Shown: positions 25,505-32,580 of the stretch, in pieces
Numbering within the stretch: position 1 is the first letter of the stretch
Layout: each line of letters opens with the position of its first letter
From: Chthoniobacteraceae bacterium
GTDB taxonomy: Bacteria > Verrucomicrobiota > Verrucomicrobiia > Chthoniobacterales > Chthoniobacteraceae
Direction of reading: 5' to 3'
Length of the DNA: 32,580 nt
Assembly: GCA_031409335.1 (NCBI GenBank)
Contig: JANNWY010000079.1
Span: 1 to 32,580, forward strand
Made by a program: the position numbers and the translations under genes
Notes under the pieces: generated by a model
The model's input: the letters and a program-made list of their open reading frames with translations, nothing else
What the model was told of the DNA's origin: nothing
The model's database searches: none

Positions 25505-28377
25505 CGCGCCAGCATGGGTTCGAGCCACACGCCCCAGTCGGCGCTTTTGCCGTCGCCCGCGTCGTTCATTTTCAAGACGAGCTGTTTCACGCCATCCAGC
25601 TGCACGTCGAAGGCGGCGGTCTTGCCGTCCTTGAAGGTGCTCGATTGCCACAGCACTTTGCCGTCGCCCTCGATGACGGCCTGCACGCTGCCATCGGAGC
25701 CATCGGCGATGCCCGCCAAGCCAGTGAGCGTTTTCCAGGCGCCGTCGAGCTGCCACTCGTGCGTGGCGACGGCGTGCGCGTAGAAGCCGTGGACGTAGAG
25801 TTTCCCACCGGCGATGAGCAAGCCGCCCGGCTCCGGCAGGCGGTCGCGGACGGGTGCGCAGTAGCCGGTTGCCTCGCGCGCTGCCTTGAGATCGGAAAGG
25901 GGCACGCTTTTCGTGGCCGGTGGCACGTTGGCGGGGGCGATGAGCTTCGGAACGAGCGTGGCGATGAGCCGCTGCGCGATCTGTTTCATCCGCGCATCGC
26001 CGGAGACGGCGGGCGCGGCGAGAAGCTTGCTCGCGGAGTCCGCGTTTTTGGCATTCACCGCCTCGATCATCGGCGCGAAGATCAGCTTCGTCCGCACTGT
26101 GGTGAGGTCGGCGGTACCGTCTTTCGCCACGAGATACGGATAGCGAAACGGCGTGTCCGAGAGGTTGCCCGAGGGCACGCCGTTCGCCTGCAAATAGGTG
26201 ATGCGCAGCTCGCCCGCATTGCCGGCTTTCAGCGCCTGGCAGTCGATCGAGAAACGCCCTTCCGCATCCGGGACGGCGGTGGCGGTGGTGGCGTCGTAGT
26301 CGCCGCCGCCCTCGGGGTCCATGTAGGCGACCACGCCATAGACCGGCGGCTCGGCGACGGCGCGACCGGAGAAGACGAAACCTTTCCCGCTGGGCTCAAT
26401 GCGGATGTCCGCGGGCTTCACCGTAGGCTTATCGCTCATGCCTTTCACGGAGCCGGAAAACATCGGATGGCCCGCAAGGCGGAAGGCTTCGCCGAGGGTG
26501 AGAAAAGTCCCGCGGCCATCGTTGCGGCGATCTTCGCCGTAGGTGCGATTGCCGGAACCCATGAGCGCGGTGCCAAATGCCGCGCTCTCGTCGGGCCGCG
26601 CCTTGCAATGCGGCAGACTCAGCGCGTGGCCGACTTCATGCGCGATGCCGCCGATAAAAATGGAGTTGTAGCGCCCGATCGAAATCTTGCCGTATTGGCC
26701 GTCTTGGACTTGCCCTCCGCCATCGGCCAGCGAGTCGAGATTTAGAATCGGCGAGTCCACCTGCCACGCGGTGCCGTTCGTGATCGAGCCGCCGGCGTAG
26801 TACGGACTGTTCTGGCTGATGACGCGCTTCTCCGCGTCCCAGTTCGACATATTGCAGAAGATCACGACGGTCTCTTTCGCCGGATCGAGGCCGGCTTCGC
26901 GCAGCGTGGTGATGCACTCGCCCCGGATGTCGTTGCCACTTTTCACGTCGTAGTGCGCGTACGGATTTTTGCCGCGGACGAGGTGAATGCGCACGAGCCC
27001 ATCCGCCGCCGGATCGAGCCGGAGACTGCGCGGACCAAAGCCGACGCGCTCCATTTCCCGCGCGTAAAAACTCTGGATGTCAGTGAGAATTTTCGAGAGC
27101 CGCTCGCGATACAGCGGCGCTGGCTCGCGGTCGGCGGGCGTCCAGTAAACGATGTGCAGCTTGCGCTCCGCGCGCTCGGGAGCCTTTGCCTGCCAGCCAT
27201 CGAGGATCGCGCGGGCCGCCGCCACTTTCGCGCGCTCGGGATCGCTCGCGCTCGCCTCATCGCTCCGCGCCTGCGCTTTCGCGCGGATCGCAGCCTTCGC
27301 TTTCGCCAGCCGCTCGGGCCACACGAAGGTCGGCGCTTTCGCCGGATCGTAGCCGGCCATGTGATCGCTCAGGCGCGTCGCGGGTTTGGTATATTTGAGC
27401 ACCGTGTCGCCGAAGACCTCGCGGCACATCGCCGCGAGTCCGGGATCGTACTCCAGCAGCAGCGCGCGGGTGTTCACATGGTTGTGGTCGTGGTCGTTCA
27501 CGCGGTTGTCGTCGAACCACGACTGCACGCCCTCGGCGAAATATTCGTGATGATTCACGCTCGCGTACTTGCCTTTCCAAAGTCCGGCTTTCATCGCGCG
27601 CTCGTAGGTTTCCTTGAGCCGCGCATCGAAGGTCGGGTCCACATTCACCATGCCGCGCAGATGGATGCAGTGCGCGAATTCGTGAATCAGAATGCACTCT
27701 GTGGAATACGGATCGCCGGGGTAGCCGAGGATATTTTCCTCGGCGCTCGTGCAAAAGGGATCGGTCTCGCTCCCGCCGGTGCCGCGCGCGCGGGCATCCC
27801 AAAAAGTCTTCGCATCCAGCCCGCCCATGCTCGTGATCTTCTTCTCACCGAGATGCACAAACTCGGGCAAATCCGTGGTGAACTCATCGTGCGCCATGAG
27901 GCACATCCGCGCCCCGCTTTTGATGAGCGCCGCGCGCACATCCGGGCGCTGCTCCAGCATCCGGTTCACGAGAAACGCCGCTTCCTTGAGCGCGTACGGA
28001 TTCACCTTCGCGGAGGCCACGATCGGGAATCCCCCGGCGCTCACCGCCTGCGTGTAAAAAGCCGGCACGCCCGCCTTGCTCGGCGGATCGAAGCGCACGC
28101 CCTGCACCTGCACCTCGCTCGTCACCGTGAACTCCGTGCGATCCTCGCGCCCCACGAGTGCAAAGCGATGGCCCAGCGTGGTCGTGATGGTCGTGTCCTT
28201 GCCGGGCGCGACGGAGCCGTTCGCCACGCGCTCCGCGTCACTCTTCAGCCAGAAAACATCGAGCGTCTGCTTGCTGCCGTTGAGGATTTGCAAGACGGGC
28301 CGCGCCTCTTGCGCCGACAAAGAAAGCGCCGCGCACAGGAACGCGGCGATGAAACGAAAACGGGGGAGTTGGATCAT
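25501..28377 (-). CDS. Secreted protein with two zinc-metallopeptidase-like domains and a C-terminal NPCBM/NEW2 domain
   Basis: HEFAH (27670-27684) with downstream EYFAEG; HEVGHALSLPH (26608-26640) with ALMG Met-turn; C-terminal GFYAHA...DAGDGKSADWGVWLEP. Start ATG 28377 or 28398. Confidence 0.8.
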   Translation of the reverse strand: MIQLPRFRFIAAFLCAALSLSAQEARPVLQILNGSKQTLDVFWLKSDAERVANGSVAPGKDTTITTTLGHRFALVGREDRTEFTVTSEVQVQGVRFDPPSKAGVPAFYTQAVSAGGFPIVASAKVNPYALKEAAFLVNRMLEQRPDVRAALIKSGARMCLMAHDEFTTDLPEFVHLGEKKITSMGGLDAKTFWDARARGTGGSETDPFCTSAEENILGYPGDPYSTECILIHEFAHCIHLRGMVNVDPTFDARLKETYERAMKAGLWKGKYASVNHHEYFAEGVQSWFDDNRVNDHDHNHVNTRALLLEYDPGLAAMCREVFGDTVLKYTKPATRLSDHMAGYDPAKAPTFVWPERLAKAKAAIRAKAQARSDEASASDPERAKVAAARAILDGWQAKAPERAERKLHIVYWTPADREPAPLYRERLSKILTDIQSFYAREMERVGFGPRSLRLDPAADGLVRIHLVRGKNPYAHYDVKSGNDIRGECITTLREAGLDPAKETVVIFCNMSNWDAEKRVISQNSPYYAGGSITNGTAWQVDSPILNLDSLADGGGQVQDGQYGKISIGRYNSIFIGGIAHEVGHALSLPHCKARPDESAAFGTALMGSGNRTYGEDRRNDGRGTFLTLGEAFRLAGHPMFSGSVKGMSDKPTVKPADIRIEPSGKGFVFSGRAVAEPPVYGVVAYMDPEGGGDYDATTATAVPDAEGRFSIDCQALKAGNAGELRITYLQANGVPSGNLSDTPFRYPYLVAKDGTADLTTVRTKLIFAPMIEAVNAKNADSASKLLAAPAVSGDARMKQIAQRLIATLVPKLIAPANVPPATKSVPLSDLKAAREATGYCAPVRDRLPEPGGLLIAGGKLYVHGFYAHAVATHEWQLDGAWKTLTGLAGIADGSDGSVQAVIEGDGKVLWQSSTFKDGKTAAFDVQLDGVKQLVLKMNDAGDGKSADWGVWLEPMLAR

Positions 28378-28552
28378 GCGAATGGGTGTTGGGCTCATTG
28401 TTCTACGATGGCTGCGGGTTCTCCGAGCGCATCCATCTTCAGCGAAATGCCAAGGCCCGGTGTGCTGATTTTCAAATTCATCACGTCCATCGCGAGGTCC
28501 GCTTTTTTACGCGGCGGAAGTGCGACGCGCCAGGCAAGGATGCGGGTGTTTT

Positions 28553-29767
28553 TCATAAGGCATTATCCTTGCCCACAGCCTCGGACAATTCGCCGAGAAA
28601 ATGCGGGAGCGCGGACTCCACGCGATTCCAGTTTGGAATCAGCGGCGTGCCCGGCGGGTTTTGCAGGAATGCTTTTGCCGCGGCGCGAATGCTGTGTGCG
28701 AACGTATTCACCGCCACCTCTTCATCGTGCCGCGCGTAGGTCAGTCCATTGATCAGCGAATCGGCGTCGTAGTGCCGCAGGGTTTCCTCCGCCTTGCGTT
28801 CGTAGGCGCTCAGCAGCGTGTCGAAAAGCCCCGCGTCGAGCTTGATGCCTTCGGATGCCATTACCCGAAAAATCGTCTGGCTCACATCCACCGCCATCCG
28901 ATGCAGACCCTTCGTCGAATCGCGGACGGAAAGATCCTGATGCTTGTGATCGTAGCGCTCGGAAAGCTCGGACTGGCAGATCGCGCGGGCCGCGGTGTTG
29001 CGGAAAATTTCAGCCAGCATTCCCACTTCGAGTCCCCAGTCCGATGGCATCCGCACGCGGCGCGCGAGATCGAGATCAAGGCAGATCTCGCCGGAAAGCG
29101 GGTAGCGAAAGGTATCGAGAAACACGAGGAACGGCAGCGGGCCGAGGATGCTTTCGAGCGATCGGATGAACGGCGTGAAAAGCAATCGCATGACGCGCCC
29201 ATTCAGCCGCGTCGTGTAGCGCGCGCTGTAGCCCTTGCACACATCGAAGCCGAGCGTGGGATGCGCCACCGGGTAGCACAGCCGCGCGGGCAGCTCGCGG
29301 CTGTAGGTGATGATGTCGCAATCGTGTGATGCGACGAGCCGCGCGCGTCCGCCCGCCAGCACGTAGCCGAGGCAAATCCACACGTTACGACCCTTGCCGG
29401 GCGCGCCGGAGTGGATGTCGGCCTGGTCCAGCTTTCGATACAGCGCCTTCATGCGCGGGCCATCGTTCCAGAGCAGCACCGGCTGTTGCGGCATCGCCGC
29501 GAAAGTTTCACGCGCCTTGAGCCAGTCACTTTTACGTTTTGCGCCGTCGATCCCGATCACGATCTGCTGGAAATAACGCACCTGGGAAAGTTCGCGCACG
29601 ATGCCATTCAGCGCGTGGCTGCCGAGTTCATCGACATGGCAGGGCAGCACCAGCGCGATGGGCCGCTCGCGCGAAAATTCCTCGAGCTCGCGCTCCAGCC
29701 GCGCGACATCGGTCGGGCCGAGCCGGTGCAGGGTGGCGATGGCGCCGCTTTGGAAAAAATCGGCCAT
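28553..29767 (-). CDS. gpgS: Glucosyl-3-phosphoglycerate synthase-like GT-A glycosyltransferase
   Basis: MADFFQSGAIATLH N-terminus, GKGRNVW, HDCD, KGYSARY, GRVMRLLFTP, YPLSGE, DWGLEVG, YDHKHQ. Confidence 0.78.
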   Translation of the reverse strand: MADFFQSGAIATLHRLGPTDVARLERELEEFSRERPIALVLPCHVDELGSHALNGIVRELSQVRYFQQIVIGIDGAKRKSDWLKARETFAAMPQQPVLLWNDGPRMKALYRKLDQADIHSGAPGKGRNVWICLGYVLAGGRARLVASHDCDIITYSRELPARLCYPVAHPTLGFDVCKGYSARYTTRLNGRVMRLLFTPFIRSLESILGPLPFLVFLDTFRYPLSGEICLDLDLARRVRMPSDWGLEVGMLAEIFRNTAARAICQSELSERYDHKHQDLSVRDSTKGLHRMAVDVSQTIFRVMASEGIKLDAGLFDTLLSAYERKAEETLRHYDADSLINGLTYARHDEEVAVNTFAHSIRAAAKAFLQNPPGTPLIPNWNRVESALPHFLGELSEAVGKDNAL

Positions 29768-29898
29768 GCGTCAGTTTGGGATTGGAAACGGGTCGGGCGT
29801 CATCGCTCGGAAATCGCGGCGGACAAGCGGTGTATCGGCAGTGGGTCGCGGGTGTCCAGAGTTGTATCCGCGCCAGGCGGGGGAAACACTGCGCCGTT

Positions 29899-31455
29899 CT
29901 GAAACTCATCGTCGTTCACTATCACTTCCGGCCCGGCGGCGTGCGGCGCGTCATCGAACTGGCGACCCCGCACATTCTGCGTGCATCGGGTGATGGTGAA
30001 AACACGGTGACGCTCGTCGGCGGCGAGGCGCGTGATGCGGAGTGGAACGCGGCGTTTCGCAAATGCGCGGCCCCGGCGCGCGTCGAGTGCGTGATCGATC
30101 CGGCGCTCAACTATGTGTCTGGCCAAACGATTTCGCCGCGCGCGATTGCCGCGCGTATTTGCGCGGTGCTCGAACCCATCATCCCCTCTGGCGTGCCGAA
30201 CGACTGCATCGTTTGGGCGCACAATTTGAGCCTCGCCCGGAATGTCCCGCTGGCGCGTGAAGTGGTCCGCGTGTGCGTGGCGCGCGGCGTGCCGCTGGTG
30301 CTGCATCATCACGACTGGTGGTTCGAGAATCGCTGGGCGCGCTGGCCGGAGATGCGCCGTTGCGGAGTGCGCACGCTTCGCGAAGCGGCGCGCGTCACCT
30401 TTCCCACCGCTCGGAATATCCACCACGCCGCGATCAATCGCGCCAACGTGGCGAGCCTCCGCCGTCATCTCGACCGCCGCGCCGCCTGGCTGCCAAATCC
30501 CGCGGAGCGCATCGCGCCGCCCCCGGCGCAGCGCGTTCGCACGGCCCGCAAGTGGCTTCAGCACAGGATTCGCGACGACGCGCCGGTGTGGCTGCTGCCG
30601 TGCCGTTTGCTCCGCCGGAAGAACGTCGCCGAGGCGCTGCTGCTCACGCGCTGGCTGCGACCGGACGCGTGGCTGGTGACGACCGGCGGCATCAGTTCCG
30701 ACGACGAGCAGGACTACGGCACGGCGCTCGCCCGCGCCGCGCATCATCACGGCTGGCGGCTGCGCCTTGGAGTTTTGGAAAAAAGCGATGCGCGCAATCC
30801 ATCCATCGCCGACCTGCTCGCCACCAGCGAAGCCGTGCTGCTCACCTCCATCGTCGAGGGCTTCGGCCTGCCTTACGTCGAAGCCGCCGCCGCGCGACGC
30901 CCGCTCATCTGCCGCGCGCTGCCAAACGTCGCGCCCGACCTGCGCCACCTCGGCTTCCGCTTTCCCCAAAGCTACGCCGACATCCTCATCCACCCCGGCC
31001 TCATCGACTGGTCGCGCGAATCCGCGCGACAGGCCGCACACTTTTCCCGCTGGAACTCCGGCCTGCCCCGCTCGGTGCAAAAATGGGTCGGCGCTCCCGC
31101 CGCGCAAGCCGCTCCGCACGCAATCGCCTTCAGCCGGCTCACGCTGAGCGCACAGTTCGAAATCCTCGCGCAACCGCCCGAGCACACCTGGAATCTCTGC
31201 GCGCCATTCAACCCATTTTTGATCGCCTGGCAAAAACGCGCCGCCACTGGCACGCTCGGGATTTCCGCCTGGCCGCGCCGCGCCATCGCATCCCTCGGCG
31301 GCGCTGCGTATGCGCAAAGTTTCGCGCGTCTCGTGCGACAAAAACCCGCGACCGGCCCCGGCGACGCGCGCGCCATCGCCGCGCAAGCGCACTTCCTCCG
31401 CGAACGGCTTGCCGCGCCGCATCTCTTCCCGCTCCTCTGGTCGCGATCCACGTGA
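29899..31455 (+). CDS. GT-B (family 4-like) glycosyltransferase; start uncertain
   Basis: KLIVVHYHFRPGGVRRVIE, WAHNLSLARN, LHHHDW, RRKNV, TSIVEGFGLPYVE (EX7E motif). No ATG near the fold start; candidates are CTG 29899 or GTG 29830. Confidence 0.78.
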   Translation: MKLIVVHYHFRPGGVRRVIELATPHILRASGDGENTVTLVGGEARDAEWNAAFRKCAAPARVECVIDPALNYVSGQTISPRAIAARICAVLEPIIPSGVPNDCIVWAHNLSLARNVPLAREVVRVCVARGVPLVLHHHDWWFENRWARWPEMRRCGVRTLREAARVTFPTARNIHHAAINRANVASLRRHLDRRAAWLPNPAERIAPPPAQRVRTARKWLQHRIRDDAPVWLLPCRLLRRKNVAEALLLTRWLRPDAWLVTTGGISSDDEQDYGTALARAAHHHGWRLRLGVLEKSDARNPSIADLLATSEAVLLTSIVEGFGLPYVEAAAARRPLICRALPNVAPDLRHLGFRFPQSYADILIHPGLIDWSRESARQAAHFSRWNSGLPRSVQKWVGAPAAQAAPHAIAFSRLTLSAQFEILAQPPEHTWNLCAPFNPFLIAWQKRAATGTLGISAWPRRAIASLGGAAYAQSFARLVRQKPATGPGDARAIAAQAHFLRERLAAPHLFPLLWSRST

Positions 31456-31484
31456 AGTCCCAAATTCAGCGCCGGTCTTTTCGA

Positions 31485-31961
31485 TTAAGCCTCCCCGCGC
31501 AAATGCCGCAATGCCTCGCGGACCGCGGGTAGCAGCAGCGGCAGGCATTCGCCGATCGCGCGGGGATTGCCGGGAAGGTTCACGATCAGCGAGCGGCCCC
31601 GCGTTCCCGCAGTCGCGCGGGAGAGAATCGCCGTCGGGACTTTCGCGAAGGATTGCACGCGCATGATTTCGCCAAAGCCGGGCAGCTCGCGTTCGAGCAC
31701 GGCGCGCGTCGCTTCGGGAGTGACATCGCGCGCCGCCGGGCCGGTGCCGCCGGTGGTGATGACGAGTTCGCATTCCGCTTCATCGCAAAGTCTGCGCAGC
31801 GTCGCCTCGATCTGCGCGCGCTCGTCGGGAATGATGACGCGCTCCCACTCCAGCGGCTCCGCGCAAAGCTCCGAAAACACGCGCTCGATTTCGGGTCCGC
31901 TGCGATCTTCATACACGCCCGCGCTCGCGCGGTCGCTGAGGGTCACGCGCCCGATCTTCAC
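31485..31961 (-). CDS. mogA: Molybdopterin adenylyltransferase
   Basis: TLSDRASAGVYEDRSG, TTGGTGPAARDVTPEAT, PTAILSR, NLPG; GTG start overlaps the moaC stop (GTGA). Confidence 0.93.
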   Translation of the reverse strand: MKIGRVTLSDRASAGVYEDRSGPEIERVFSELCAEPLEWERVIIPDERAQIEATLRRLCDEAECELVITTGGTGPAARDVTPEATRAVLERELPGFGEIMRVQSFAKVPTAILSRATAGTRGRSLIVNLPGNPRAIGECLPLLLPAVREALRHLRGEA

Positions 31962-32410
31962 GTCTTCACCTTTTTCGTCACGCGGATGCCGTCGATGACC
32001 ATGCCTTTGTCGATCGCCTTGCACATATCGTAAATCGTCAGCGCCGCGACGCTCACCGCGGTGAGCGCCTCCATCTCCACGCCGGTCTTCGACGTGGTGC
32101 GCGCCTCGGCGACAATGCGCACTGCGGTGGACTCGATCTCGAAAACGATCTCCACCGCATCGAGCGGAAGCGAATGGCACAGCGGGATCAGCGCATCGGT
32201 GCGTTTCGCTGCTTGAATGCCGGCGATTTTCGCGACCGTGAGCACGTCGCCTTTTGGCAGAGCCTGCTCGCGCAATGCCGTGATCGTCGCCGGCAGGCAG
32301 CGCACGAAACCTTCCGCACTCGCGGCGCGCCGCTGATCGGGCTTGTGGCCGACATCGACCATGCGCGCGGTGCCGTCGGCATCGAGATGGGAAAAAGTGG
32401 GAACGCTCAT
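31958..32410 (-). CDS. moaC: Cyclic pyranopterin monophosphate synthase
   Basis: SHLD..G.ARMVDV, KGDVL, AGIQAAK, LIPLCH, TGVEMEAL, YDMCKA. Confidence 0.96.
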   Translation of the reverse strand: MSVPTFSHLDADGTARMVDVGHKPDQRRAASAEGFVRCLPATITALREQALPKGDVLTVAKIAGIQAAKRTDALIPLCHSLPLDAVEIVFEIESTAVRIVAEARTTSKTGVEMEALTAVSVAALTIYDMCKAIDKGMVIDGIRVTKKVKT

Positions 32411-32580
32411 GGCGGCGAAGATGGCAGCGCGATCACGCGAGGTCGAGCGGGGTTCGTGCATCGTGGCGGGCCGTTGCAGCGGCAAGCCGGGAAGGTGGGG
32501 GGCCCAAAACCCCCCGCGGGTCCCCCTCCCCGCAGGGGCGGCCAGCCACGGCGCGGTATACGCCGCATTGAGCCCATCGC

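Noticed and set aside
32411..32580. Moco riboswitch upstream of moaC
   Set aside because: G/C runs could pair, but I cannot match the Moco RNA consensus by eye and the region is cut by the window edge; an Rfam/Infernal scan would decide.

Overview
GC-rich bacterial chromosomal window. The gene content (sulfatase, DUF6797-like cytochrome c protein, WD40 kinase) suggests a PVC-superphylum organism such as a Verrucomicrobium; this is inference. 1-10.65 kb is a coherent light/photo-oxidative stress neighbourhood: the 3' end of a carotenoid desaturase-acyltransferase-glycosyltransferase operon, a fasciclin protein, an FeS-type (6-4)-like photolyase, an inverted-domain photolyase, a TIGR03643-like protein, three small membrane proteins and a SigK-like ECF sigma factor. 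Facing that sigma factor is the best candidate for an undescribed system: a soluble 189-aa protein joining an RskA-like anti-sigma domain directly to a LOV-like PAS domain that lacks the photoactive cysteine. A matching ECF-type promoter motif, RYAKCC-N16-CGTW, lies upstream of this gene, the FeS photolyase and the fasciclin gene. The rest of the window holds a class III cyclase-Ser/Thr kinase-TM-WD40 fusion, two tandem GT-A paralogues, a sulfatase, 2-oxoacid dehydrogenase E1 alpha/beta followed by repeat elements and a frameshifted, truncated E2 remnant, two large secreted multidomain proteins, a gpgS-like/GT4 pair, and mogA-moaC. No rRNA, tRNA, CRISPR array or transposase was recognised. All family assignments come from motif recognition by eye, not database searches.
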